Shown: piece after piece, positions 22,929 to 32,527 of the stretch
Numbering within the stretch: position 1 is the stretch's first letter
How the letters are laid out: each line of letters begins with the position of its first letter
Assembly: GCA_041649475.1 (NCBI GenBank)
Contig: JBAZNA010000001.1
Span: 878,594-942,593 of the forward strand
Reading direction: 5' to 3'
Source of the DNA: Patescibacteria group bacterium
Lineage (GTDB): Bacteria; Patescibacteriota; Patescibacteriia; Magasanikbacterales; GWA2-37-8
DNA: 64,000 nucleotides
The notes under the pieces: model-generated
Told to the model about the DNA's origin: nothing
Databases searched by the model: none
What the model saw: only the letters and a program-made list of their open reading frames with translations
Made by a program: the position numbers and the translations under genes

Positions 22929-22998
22929 AATAAAAAGGAGGGACAAAGTTTTGAGCACTAGTGAAGCTTGGCGAAAAACTTTGTCCCTCCTTTTTATT
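22929..22998. repeat. 24-bp perfect inverted repeat with 22-nt spacer
   Basis: AATAAAAAGGAGGGACAAAGTTTT (22929-22952) / AAAACTTTGTCCCTCCTTTTTATT (22975-22998). Confidence 0.85.
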
Positions 22999-23009
22999 TT
23001 GACTGTCTG

Positions 23010-23852
23010 TTAAGCTATTTCCTGCAATTTTTTAAGTTTTATTTCATCCAACCGCTGATAAATTTCCAAAACCCTCACGGTCTGTTTCAATAATGACAGC
23101 TTCCGCTTAAACAGATCAACTTCCTTTTTTTTCATTTCCCATTCTTTATTTATTTCACTTTTAACATTTTCTATGTTAGCGGCCATTTTTTTCCACGCTT
23201 CCTCTCCTTTTATTTCCGCCTCTCTCCCCTTTTTCTTTTTTACTATTTCATCCAACTCTCTATATTCTTTACTGTATTGCTTTTTCACTCTGGTAAAAAT
23301 ATATTCTTTATCCTTAACCTGTTTTTCAAAATGACCGAATTCGGTTTCAAGTTCTGCAACCGCCTTTAAAAAATCCGCATATCTTTCTTCGGCTAAATTT
23401 CTATATCGCCCGCCTTCTCTTTGAAGCTCCAGCAAAGCATTTATTAATTGCGTTCTTTCTTTTTCTTTATTCTGCACCAACTTCGTCATCTCCACGAGAG
23501 ATTCATCTAAAATTGGTTCTGATGAACGTTTTGATGGCATTTTTGAACTTAGCTCTTTGAAAAAAATAAAAACCTCGGCAAACTGCCTATACACCTCAAG
23601 ACGCTTTGATTTAAATTCTTTAAATCCGCCGGCTAATTTTTCATCAGTATCAAAATAAATATCGGCGGGATTTAAACCGCCATCCTGTTGCTCTATATCG
23701 TTTAAAACCTTGCTTAAAGAAATCTCTTCCGGAGATTGGTCTACAAACATCACATCGTACACACCGGATTCTGCGCCGGAAGTGTCCGGTTTTACCGGTA
23801 TTGGTATGCCCCCTGTTTCGTCGTGACCGTCGTGATTTGATTCCCGAAACAT
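23010..23852 (-). CDS. Hypothetical coiled-coil protein
   Basis: 280-aa E/K-rich helical ORF. Confidence 0.75.
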   Translation of the reverse strand: MFRESNHDGHDETGGIPIPVKPDTSGAESGVYDVMFVDQSPEEISLSKVLNDIEQQDGGLNPADIYFDTDEKLAGGFKEFKSKRLEVYRQFAEVFIFFKELSSKMPSKRSSEPILDESLVEMTKLVQNKEKERTQLINALLELQREGGRYRNLAEERYADFLKAVAELETEFGHFEKQVKDKEYIFTRVKKQYSKEYRELDEIVKKKKGREAEIKGEEAWKKMAANIENVKSEINKEWEMKKKEVDLFKRKLSLLKQTVRVLEIYQRLDEIKLKKLQEIA

Positions 23853-23862
23853 ATTAAATATA

Positions 23863-25884
23863 TTAAAGATCCTCTACACTACGCAAAAAACTACCTGGCT
23901 TTATTCTAAACGGTTTATCGTCTTCTGTAAAGTAGTGTACATCCTCGCTGTCATCATTTAAAACCGTGCTGCTATCCGACAATAACGAATGATCTTCCAA
24001 GAGGTCGGCGCTTATTTCAGATAAAAACAAGCTGGGCGAAGAAGAAGAGTCGCCCCAGCCCCCGCCGGCCATCGGATAGGTTAAAAATAAATGTTTCTTG
24101 GCGCGGGTGATGGCCACATAGAACAATCTCCGTTCTTCTTCAAGCCCACCGGCTTCTCTAAGCGCCCGGTCATTGGGAAACGCGCCGCCCGACAAATTAA
24201 TCAGAAATACCTCTGCCCATTCCAGGCCTTTGGCCTGATGAATTGTGGAAAGAACTATTTTGTCCTGGTTTTTGGAAAACTTTCCCAGCGCGTTTTTATT
24301 AAAACCTTCCTGTAAACTTGACTCGGCCAAAAATTCTTCCAAGTCCTTATATTTATTCGCAAAAATTTTTAACTGTTCTATATCTTCTATTCTGTCTTTA
24401 CTGTCAATATATTCCGCTTCCAAATAATCTTTATACGGAGAAGACATTATTGTTTCAATAAGTTTGACCGGATGTTTGGGAGTTTCCAACATCGCCTCCC
24501 AAATTCTCGTAAAATTATACCAACCCTGTTTGGCGCGTTCGCCTAAAATTTCTGACCCGATATTTTTAATCTCATCAACATCGGCTATCTTCTTTATATA
24601 TTCAACCAATTTGGCTGTGGCTGACGGGCCGATTCCCTCCTCTTTCATCAAAATTCTCATCCAAGCCGCGGTGTCGGCCAAATTATTCATGACTCGCAAA
24701 TACGCCAAAACGTCTTTTATATGCGCGCGTTCAAAAAATCTCAAACCGCCGCGGTAGTCATATGGGATGCCGGCTTTGACCAGTTCCATTTCCAGCATTT
24801 GCGAGTGATGAGCGGCGCGAAACAGCACGGCGATTTCTTTTTCCGGCAGGCCTTGGTCAATGGATTCAGAAATTTTTTGCACAATAAACTGCGCCTCGCT
24901 CTCTGCATCCATTTGCGGATGAAGCGCGGGCTTCAAGCCCGATTGCGACAAGGTTTTTAATTTCTTTTTATACTGTCTTAAATTATTAGCAATCACGCCG
25001 TTGGCCAGATCCAAAATCTCCTGGCTGGAGCGGTAATTGGTTTCCAACTTAAAAATTTTCGCGTTCGGGTAATCCTTTTCAAACTGCAAAATATTTTGAA
25101 TGTCGGCAGCCCGGAAAGAATAAATGCTTTGGGCGTCATCACCCACCACTAAAATATTTTTATGAACTCCGGCTAATTTTTTTATGATTTCGGCCTGAAT
25201 TTTGTTTGTATCCTGATATTCATCAACCAAAATATATTTAAACTGCCCGGCATATTTTTGCCAAACACGTTCAGAATTAAGCAAAAGTAAAAAATTTGTC
25301 AGTAAATCATCAAAATCCATGGCATTCGCCTCTTTTTTCTTTTTATAATAATCACCGGCAATATTTTTTATGACATCCGTGTATGGAAACCATTGTTCAT
25401 AACGCAAACCAATAACTTCCTCAATATTTTTTTCGCAATTGCGGGCGTAACTGATTATTGAACCGATTATTTTGGCTGACGGAAATTTGGTATTTTCGGT
25501 CTTGAGCGGTTTGGCACATAATTTGATTAAGGACTCGCTGTCGTCACTATCCAAAACCGTAAAATTTTCTTTGTAACCCAAAAGCGGCGCGTAGATGCGT
25601 AAAATTTTATAAGCAATATGATGAAAAGTTCCGGACCAGGGCAATTTCTGATCGCTACCGGTGAGTTTTTGCACCCGAGACGACATCTCGTCGGCCGCTT
25701 TGTTGGTAAAAGTCACCAGTAAAATATTTTCCGGACTGACGCCGTTTGCTAATAAATACGCCACGCGATAAGTAATCACGCGCGTCTTGCCACTGCCTGC
25801 TCCGGCTAAAACTAAACACGGGCCGTCGCCGCCATAGACAACAGCCAATTGTTCCTGGTTGAGCTCCGAAGAGAAGTCAATCAT
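23863..25884 (-). CDS. UvrD/PcrA family SF1 DNA helicase
   Basis: AGAGSGKT, VDEYQD, VGDDAQSIY.FR, NYRS, TIHQAKGLE, EERRLFYVA.TRA. Confidence 0.95.
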   Translation of the reverse strand: MIDFSSELNQEQLAVVYGGDGPCLVLAGAGSGKTRVITYRVAYLLANGVSPENILLVTFTNKAADEMSSRVQKLTGSDQKLPWSGTFHHIAYKILRIYAPLLGYKENFTVLDSDDSESLIKLCAKPLKTENTKFPSAKIIGSIISYARNCEKNIEEVIGLRYEQWFPYTDVIKNIAGDYYKKKKEANAMDFDDLLTNFLLLLNSERVWQKYAGQFKYILVDEYQDTNKIQAEIIKKLAGVHKNILVVGDDAQSIYSFRAADIQNILQFEKDYPNAKIFKLETNYRSSQEILDLANGVIANNLRQYKKKLKTLSQSGLKPALHPQMDAESEAQFIVQKISESIDQGLPEKEIAVLFRAAHHSQMLEMELVKAGIPYDYRGGLRFFERAHIKDVLAYLRVMNNLADTAAWMRILMKEEGIGPSATAKLVEYIKKIADVDEIKNIGSEILGERAKQGWYNFTRIWEAMLETPKHPVKLIETIMSSPYKDYLEAEYIDSKDRIEDIEQLKIFANKYKDLEEFLAESSLQEGFNKNALGKFSKNQDKIVLSTIHQAKGLEWAEVFLINLSGGAFPNDRALREAGGLEEERRLFYVAITRAKKHLFLTYPMAGGGWGDSSSSPSLFLSEISADLLEDHSLLSDSSTVLNDDSEDVHYFTEDDKPFRIKPGSFLRSVEDL

Positions 25885-26411
25885 AAGTTGCCGACTTTGG
25901 TTTTTGCTTTGCCGATCATCTTGTCGTCAAGTTTGTTTGATATTTCTTCCAAAGTCCCGTCTAATTTCATCTGAAACTTTCCTCTATTGGCCTTGGTTTC
26001 AATCCTTGGTCTGACATACATGGTATACTTGTGAGGTTTTCTTGTTTCATTTGGCGTCTGATCAACCAAGTCAGCTTCAAAATCTTTCCCATAAATATTT
26101 GTAATAGCAGTACGTATAAGATTTCTATACGCGGTCGTACCCATTTTTTCCTGCCCTTGAGTTTGTTTGTGTTGGTCGCCTTTGGCAATATCAATCCGAA
26201 TACCGGCGATAGGCGCCCGCCCTTTTTCAGTAACACGCGCGTATTTCACACCATCTTCTTCAAAAATCTCCACATAACCAAGACGAACTTTTTCCCAGCC
26301 ATCACTGTTGTATTCATCTGCCAGAGTACCAACATGCGGGATGTCTTCATCAAGCCGGTATTTATCCTTATAAGTTCCTTTGTATTCAGTTCTTTTAATT
26401 TCTCTTACCAT
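25881..26411 (-). CDS. Hypothetical protein
   Basis: 176-aa ORF overlapping the helicase start by 4 nt. Confidence 0.7.
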   Translation of the reverse strand: MVREIKRTEYKGTYKDKYRLDEDIPHVGTLADEYNSDGWEKVRLGYVEIFEEDGVKYARVTEKGRAPIAGIRIDIAKGDQHKQTQGQEKMGTTAYRNLIRTAITNIYGKDFEADLVDQTPNETRKPHKYTMYVRPRIETKANRGKFQMKLDGTLEEISNKLDDKMIGKAKTKVGNL

Positions 26412-26493
26412 AGTAATTATTTTATGCGTTAAGTTCCCGTATCATAGCAAATCTTGATTTCTCGGTCAAAGAATGTTAAGATGGCTGTTAACT

Positions 26494-27633
26494 ATGTTTT
26501 TTGAACTAACCCACAAAGACAAAAACTGCTATGCCCGGACTGGCGTAATCCACACTGACCATGGGGATATTGCCACCCCTATTTTTATGCCTGTCGGCAC
26601 GCAAGCCAGTGTGAAAACTTTGGACTGCGATGATTTAAAAAACATCAACGCGCAAATTATTTTGGGCAATACTTATCATCTGCATTTACGGCCCGGCGAA
26701 GACACAATTGACCAAATCGGCGGTCTGCATAAATTTATGAACTGGGACAGGCCGATTCTGACCGACTCCGGCGGCTTTCAGGTGTTTAGTTTGGGCGCGC
26801 AAAAAGAAGCCAACTTGGTTTCCATTGACGAAGACGGCGCGACTTTCAAATCACACCTTGACGGCAGTACCCATCGGTTCACTCCGGAGTCCGCAATCCA
26901 AATTCAGCACAAACTCGGCGCTGATATTATTATGGCTTTTGATGAATGCACCCCGGATAATATAGAAGAAAAATATGTCCGCGAGGCCATGACCCGCACC
27001 CATAATTGGGCAAAGCGCTCTTTGGCCGAACATCAAAAAGAAACCAACCGACATGATTACAAACAATTTTTATTTGGTATTATTCAGGGTTCAAATTTCA
27101 AAAATTTAAGGGAGGATTCGGCCCGATTTATTTCTGCGCTTGATTTTGACGGCATTGCCATTGGCGGCGAATCAATCGGCTATAACATGGAAGCGACCAA
27201 AGAAATTTTAGATTGGGTTTATCCGATTATTCCGGAAAATAAACCGCACTATGCCATGGGCGTGGGCTTGTCTCCTCTTGATATGCTGGTTGCGGTTAGC
27301 CATGGCGTTGATATGTTTGATTGCGTGGCGCCAACCCGGCTGGCCCGGCACGGCATGCTGTTTACCCATGAAAAAAATTCGGAAAAATATAGAATTAACA
27401 TTACCAACGCGCAATTCGCGCTTGATCTTGGTCCGATTGACAAAAACTGCGGCTGCCATACCTGCCAAAATTATTCCCGCGCTTACCTTCATCATCTTTT
27501 TAACGCGCAAGAAATTACCGGCATGCGTTTAGCCACCATTCACAATTTATATTTCATGCTGAACCTGATGAAACAGGCGCGCGAAGCGATTAAAGAAGAT
27601 AAGTTTGAAGAACTGTTACAAAAGTGGATTTAG
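26494..27633 (+). CDS. tgt: tRNA-guanine transglycosylase
   Basis: TPIFMPVGT, NTYHL, DSGGFQ, DMFDCV.PTR, CxCxxC..H zinc site. Confidence 0.96.
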   Translation: MFFELTHKDKNCYARTGVIHTDHGDIATPIFMPVGTQASVKTLDCDDLKNINAQIILGNTYHLHLRPGEDTIDQIGGLHKFMNWDRPILTDSGGFQVFSLGAQKEANLVSIDEDGATFKSHLDGSTHRFTPESAIQIQHKLGADIIMAFDECTPDNIEEKYVREAMTRTHNWAKRSLAEHQKETNRHDYKQFLFGIIQGSNFKNLREDSARFISALDFDGIAIGGESIGYNMEATKEILDWVYPIIPENKPHYAMGVGLSPLDMLVAVSHGVDMFDCVAPTRLARHGMLFTHEKNSEKYRINITNAQFALDLGPIDKNCGCHTCQNYSRAYLHHLFNAQEITGMRLATIHNLYFMLNLMKQAREAIKEDKFEELLQKWI

Positions 27634-27703
27634 TTTTTTCTTCGCTTGTGATGATGTTTAGCGGATGGCCCTGGTTTATATAATTTCGGTTTTTTAATTT
27701 TTT

Positions 27704-28012
27704 CTATTCATGTTCTTCGCTTTCTTCCTCATCTTCATGCAATTCCACTTTTTCACCTCTTAGATCACTTAATAATGCCTTCAAATCTTGCACGTCTAAG
27801 GATTCACCCAACTCTTCGGATATTTCATCCTGAAATATTTCCGCCTGTTTCATATCTTTGGCCGCTTCCCATTTAAGCAATGATTCTCTGATAATGGCAG
27901 TTTTTTCCGGTCCCCAATCCTGACTTAACCATTTTGTGCTAAACTTTTTTGATTCCGGATAATCACTGCTCCCCTTATAATAATCAGGGGGCACGAAGGT
28001 TCTTTCTGGCAT
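27704..28012 (-). CDS. Hypothetical acidic protein
   Basis: 102-aa ORF with typical codon usage. Confidence 0.6.
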   Translation of the reverse strand: MPERTFVPPDYYKGSSDYPESKKFSTKWLSQDWGPEKTAIIRESLLKWEAAKDMKQAEIFQDEISEELGESLDVQDLKALLSDLRGEKVELHEDEEESEEHE

Positions 28013-28094
28013 ATATTTTTATTAAAAATTAATTAAAATTTGATTATACCTATTCTATCTCATCCACATATGCACAGTCAACATCAAAATTTTA

Positions 28095-28123
28095 TTGACA
28101 CGCAACTCGCTATTGCCTACAAT
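28095..28123 (+). promoter_or_regulatory. Promoter of prs
   Basis: TTGACA-17nt-TACAAT. Confidence 0.7.
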
Positions 28124-28180
28124 GCAGACAAAGTTCGCACCTTTAACAACGCATTTCGCGAAAGCGGAAAGGATATACGG

Positions 28181-29392
28181 ATGTCAGACAACCTTGAGAA
28201 GGTTCTGGGTTCCACTATTCCCTCCTTCATCAGCCGACTGATGCAAGATGCGGCTACATACGTCGCAGAAAAAGTTGGTACTACGACGGTACAGATGCCA
28301 ACGTTTTTCGTGGAGCTGGCCGACACTCTCAAACGGCTGGCCGAACAAGCCAGACATAACCGCAACGGCGGGCTGACCCTGGTGCCCATGCCGGGATTCG
28401 TGGAACTGGCCAGCACCACCAAGAAGCTCATCGAAGAGCACGAGAAAGACACGCCGGTGGACATCGTCGTGCCCGAATTCAACACCCGCAGCAACAAGGA
28501 GCCGGTCGTGCGCCTGAGCAAGGACCACATCGGCGGCCACGACTGCGTCATCCTCACCAGCGGACCTGGCACCTACGAGATGCTCACCCAACTCCAGTTG
28601 GCTCTGGGTTATCTGGTCGGCCGCCGGGCCGCCAGAATCTCAATCGTAACCGGCTATCTGCCCCTAGGCAGATCAGACAAGGACGAGGGGGCGCTTGAAT
28701 TCGCTCTTGCTTCCCACATCGTTCACATGATCGTCTCCGCCTCCTACGGCCATCTGGATCGTATCATCGCTCCGGACCTGCACGCACCCCAGGTGGTCAT
28801 GGCAGCGCAGGTCGGTCTCATCACCGAGGTAACGCTCGCCCGTCGCGTGCTCACAAGGGCGGTCTCGGATGCGCTTGAGAAGTTCAAACGCATCTGCCTG
28901 GTTCTCCCTGACGATGGCGCCTACAAGAAGTTCATGCGCGTCATTGCCGAAGTCGAGAAGAATCTCAACATCAAGCTGCCGGTGGTCTGCGGCCAAAAAC
29001 GCCGCAACAGCGACACCCATTCTGAACTCCTCGGCTTGGCCGGTGACACGAGCGCCTTGAAGGACGCGCTGGCTATTGGCTTTGACGACGAGATCGCCAC
29101 CGGCATCACCACTGTGCACACCGCCGAGGCAGTGCTCCGGCAGTATGACGCAGCCGACTACTGGGCGGCGGCGATCCACGGCGTGCTCTGTGGCGATGCT
29201 CCCAAGATCCTCTCTTCTGAACTCTGCCCGATCACGCGGGTATTTATTACCGACTCCATCCCGCCCAACGGCCGTATTGAGCTGGATCCGCTGCGCGCCA
29301 GCGACCGCCTGAAGGTGGTTTCCTGGGACGAAGATCTGGCTCACCTCATCTACTATCACCACTGGGACAAGTCCATCCGCGAAATGCGCTAG
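28181..29392 (+). CDS. prs: Ribose-phosphate pyrophosphokinase (divergent, GC-rich)
   Basis: Y.P..RSDK, DLHAPQ, PD.G, KRR, DDEIATG.T, HGVL, TDSIP; start after AAGGA at 28181. Confidence 0.85.
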   Translation: MSDNLEKVLGSTIPSFISRLMQDAATYVAEKVGTTTVQMPTFFVELADTLKRLAEQARHNRNGGLTLVPMPGFVELASTTKKLIEEHEKDTPVDIVVPEFNTRSNKEPVVRLSKDHIGGHDCVILTSGPGTYEMLTQLQLALGYLVGRRAARISIVTGYLPLGRSDKDEGALEFALASHIVHMIVSASYGHLDRIIAPDLHAPQVVMAAQVGLITEVTLARRVLTRAVSDALEKFKRICLVLPDDGAYKKFMRVIAEVEKNLNIKLPVVCGQKRRNSDTHSELLGLAGDTSALKDALAIGFDDEIATGITTVHTAEAVLRQYDAADYWAAAIHGVLCGDAPKILSSELCPITRVFITDSIPPNGRIELDPLRASDRLKVVSWDEDLAHLIYYHHWDKSIREMR

Positions 29393-29528
29393 CCCTCCGT
29401 AGAAGCCGGCCCAACGGCCATGCTTCTCCCACCCCTCCACAACCCGCACCCGCGGGTTGTCTTCATTTTGAGCGCTTGTTAAGCACTTGCCGTTTTGCCG
29501 AAAAAAAGCTATCATATTCCCATATATA

Positions 29529-29619
29529 CTCACTCATTTCGCTTATATAAACATATAAGCTCATTCGCTCAAAAATGAAATTATAAATAATTTCATTTTG
29601 TTCACTCATTTCGCTTATG
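29529..29619 (+). repeat. Structured start-codon-proximal element, copy 1 (with extra upstream half-site)
   Basis: CATATAAGCTCATTC-hairpin-CACTCATTTCGCTT-ATG. Confidence 0.75.
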
Positions 29620-30078
29620 AAAAGAGGAAAACCAACCCCAGAGGAAATGGCTGAAATAGCTTTTGACCGGACCGCACCCAGCCGTGCAAAGACAGGAGAC
29701 ATAACTTTGCCCAGATCAATTGCTGAACTGAGGTCAAAAATGTCTGTTCCCAAATCCGTATCCGGATCCGAATCCGAAGAAGTCCCTACCATATCCGCAA
29801 TAGCGGCTTGGGATGACTTCAGATTAGAACTGGAAAAAACCGGAAAACTGGAATCAGCAATTAAAACAATGCAAGATTACATAAACGAGATTAGAAATGA
29901 AATTGATAAAAGAAATCTGCTAATGCATTCAGACGCAATGAAACAACCCGGGAGTATGGAATACAACGGGGTAATAAGAAAAATACAAAAATTAACCAAC
30001 CCATCTATCGCCAAAAAATTTTTAAAAATTTATAAAAGAATAATAGAACAAAGAATTCATGAGTTAGAGAGCAGATAA
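29617..30078 (+). CDS. Hypothetical protein
   Basis: 153-aa ORF directly upstream of trpS. Confidence 0.7.
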   Translation: MKRGKPTPEEMAEIAFDRTAPSRAKTGDITLPRSIAELRSKMSVPKSVSGSESEEVPTISAIAAWDDFRLELEKTGKLESAIKTMQDYINEIRNEIDKRNLLMHSDAMKQPGSMEYNGVIRKIQKLTNPSIAKKFLKIYKRIIEQRIHELESR

Positions 30079-30092
30079 TTATTATAAAAAAT

Positions 30093-31064
30093 ATGAAACG
30101 CATTTTTTCCGGAGTTCAACCGACAAACAACATTCATATCGGCAATTATCTGGGGGCGATAAAAAATTGGGTTGAACTGCAAGACAAATATGAATGTTTT
30201 TTTTGTATTGTTGATCTGCACGCTATTACCGTGGCGCAAAAACCGGAAATTTTGAAAAAAAATATTTTGGATGTCGCCAAAACCTATCTGGCGCTTGGCA
30301 TTGACCCGAAAAAATCCACGATTTTTGTCCAATCCGCCGTTAAGGAGCACACTGAACTGGCCTGGATTTTAAACACCATCACCAAAACCGCCGAACTGGA
30401 GAGGATGACCCAATTCAAAGACAAATCAAAACAACATAAAGAAAACATAAACATGGGCCTGTTTGATTATCCGGTCTTAATGGCCGCGGATATTTTGCTT
30501 TACGACACCGATTTAGTGCCGGTCGGAGACGACCAAGCACAACATGTAGAGCTGACCAGAACCTTGGGCAACAGATTTAATCATCTTTATGGTGAGACCT
30601 TCAAAATTCCGGAAGCCCTGATAAAAAAAGAAGGCGCCAGAATCATGGGCCTTGATGACCCATCCAAAAAAATGAGTAAAAGCGCAATCAGCCCGGCCAA
30701 CTATATTGCTTTGCTTGACTTACCGGAGGTGGCAACCAAAAAAATTATGCGGGCAGTCACCGATTCCGGTTCGGAAATAAAATCAGGCGCGGACAAGCCG
30801 GCGCTCTCCAATCTTCTTTCTGTTTATTCCATGTTTTCCGGCAAACCAATAAAAGAAATAGAAAAAAAATATATTGGCAAGGGTTACGCTGATTTTAAAA
30901 CAGGCCTGGCCGAAGTGGTGGCAAAATTTTTAAAAGATTTTCAGAATAAATTTAACAAAATCAAGGACAGCGAAGTTGAAAGTATTTTAAACAGCGGCGC
31001 CAAGGCGGCGGAAAAAATCGCGATTAAAAAAATAAATACAATTAAAGATAAAATCGGCCTATAA
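30093..31064 (+). CDS. trpS: Tryptophan--tRNA ligase
   Basis: SGVQPT..HIGNY, YPVLMAADIL, VPVGDDQ.QH, KMSKS. Confidence 0.96.
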   Translation: MKRIFSGVQPTNNIHIGNYLGAIKNWVELQDKYECFFCIVDLHAITVAQKPEILKKNILDVAKTYLALGIDPKKSTIFVQSAVKEHTELAWILNTITKTAELERMTQFKDKSKQHKENINMGLFDYPVLMAADILLYDTDLVPVGDDQAQHVELTRTLGNRFNHLYGETFKIPEALIKKEGARIMGLDDPSKKMSKSAISPANYIALLDLPEVATKKIMRAVTDSGSEIKSGADKPALSNLLSVYSMFSGKPIKEIEKKYIGKGYADFKTGLAEVVAKFLKDFQNKFNKIKDSEVESILNSGAKAAEKIAIKKINTIKDKIGL

Positions 31065-31066
31065 AT

Positions 31067-31516
31067 ATGGATGATTTTGACTTCAAAAAGAAAAAAACTT
31101 TAACATCTCTGCATGGAATATTTGTTGAACGGTGCACCAAAAAATTTAGGTTCTCCACGGCCGACTATGATAAATTGCGGGAAATATCGGCAAAACCTTT
31201 TCCGTCCGACTCCGTCATCCACACCGAACAAGCTATCAGAAAAATATACGCTGAAGCAATTGCAAAAACATTCAACTGTTCCGATGTGCGGGCCAGGGAG
31301 CTAGTTAATGCCGCGGAACTTATACATAAGGAAACAATTTTTATCAACAATCTTTCCAAACGGACAAACAGAGAAACCATCAGTCCGGCAATCGGCGACT
31401 ATGAGGACTTTATGATGGAACACGGACTAACAGGAAACCCGGAATCTGAAACCAAAACAGGAGATCCGGAAAAAAATAATGTAGTTCCTCTTTTCCCGGA
31501 AAGCAATAAGAAATAA
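31067..31516 (+). CDS. Hypothetical protein
   Basis: Tightly packed ORF after trpS. Confidence 0.7.
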   Translation: MDDFDFKKKKTLTSLHGIFVERCTKKFRFSTADYDKLREISAKPFPSDSVIHTEQAIRKIYAEAIAKTFNCSDVRARELVNAAELIHKETIFINNLSKRTNRETISPAIGDYEDFMMEHGLTGNPESETKTGDPEKNNVVPLFPESNKK

Positions 31517-31517
31517 T

Positions 31518-32102
31518 ATGGATAACTTCGCGGAAACAAAATTGGGGACTATCATTGGCAATATTGAGCCAAAAGACGTTCAGTTGGTGTCCAGATATAT
31601 TTCAGCAAACCTTAATTCAAAATTCGTAAAAGATTTTTGTATCAAATATAATTTAAATAAAGATCAATATAATGGCTTATTTCCTATAGCCCTCAATTAC
31701 GACAAAAGAACACCCCAAAAAACTGAAGAGATGATTAATGAGGAACTGAAGAATATGACGATGAACAGAGAAATGGTCGGGGAGTGCCTCCCATATCTAG
31801 CTGAAGAAATTAGAAAAAATAAACTGGTGGAAACTGCAAAAGACGCAGAAACACTTACCCGAGCTCTAATTACATATTTTGAATTTTATAAGCACACTAT
31901 CGGGTCAGTGGAGGGTTTAGACATCTATGTGATTGAATCGGAAAAAGAGTACTCAAAAGGGCCAACCGAAAGAGATTTATTTACAGAAATGGACGCCGAA
32001 AATCATAAAGCCAAACAAGAAAAACCCGAACCCACCAAACCAGAACCCGAAAAAGAGATGGCCAAAGTTTTTGATATTAAAACCGGTAAAAGATTACAAT
32101 AA
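31518..32102 (+). CDS. Hypothetical protein
   Basis: Tightly packed 194-aa ORF. Confidence 0.7.
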   Translation: MDNFAETKLGTIIGNIEPKDVQLVSRYISANLNSKFVKDFCIKYNLNKDQYNGLFPIALNYDKRTPQKTEEMINEELKNMTMNREMVGECLPYLAEEIRKNKLVETAKDAETLTRALITYFEFYKHTIGSVEGLDIYVIESEKEYSKGPTERDLFTEMDAENHKAKQEKPEPTKPEPEKEMAKVFDIKTGKRLQ

Positions 32103-32131
32103 AAAAATTTAATAATTTTTAAATACAAACT

Positions 32132-32527
32132 ATGGACCAAACAACAAACCCATCAAGAGGCGTAGTAATTAAAACAATATATTATTATCTTGTTTGTTTT
32201 GTCGCCCTGATGATGGTGGTATTTTCCACGGCAGACGTTATCAACATCGCCCTAAAAACCTGGGTCTTTACCAAGGCGGATGATAATTATTATGGTGGCT
32301 ATATGGCATCCTGTGTGGTCCCGGCTAACGCAAAATTTCAAGACCAAACCACAACAGCGGCCATGCAAGCGGAGTGCGAAAAACAACAGGCCCTAGGTGT
32401 AAAACAGGCGCAAGATAGCGCCGACGCCCAGCGCCAACGCGATGTGGTGCGTGATATTTCCATGATTATAGTTGGTATACCACTATTTCTCTACCACTGG
32501 CGTATCGTAAGAAAAAAAGATATATAA
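32132..32527 (+). CDS. Two-TM membrane protein (DUF5671-like)
   Basis: IYYYLVCFVAL first TM, IIVGIPLFLYHW second TM. Confidence 0.7.
   Translation: MDQTTNPSRGVVIKTIYYYLVCFVALMMVVFSTADVINIALKTWVFTKADDNYYGGYMASCVVPANAKFQDQTTTAAMQAECEKQQALGVKQAQDSADAQRQRDVVRDISMIIVGIPLFLYHWRIVRKKDI

Noticed and set aside
26494-27633. Tgt specificity variant (GGESIG instead of GGLAVG)
   Set aside because: Cys of DEC is retained and the substrate cannot be inferred from this change alone
28040-28180. 47-aa N-terminal extension of prs in the ORF track
   Set aside because: It spans the TTGACA-17-TACAAT promoter; the ATG at 28181 is the better start
28673-29533. 286-aa minus-strand ORF
   Set aside because: Antisense shadow of the GC-rich prs gene
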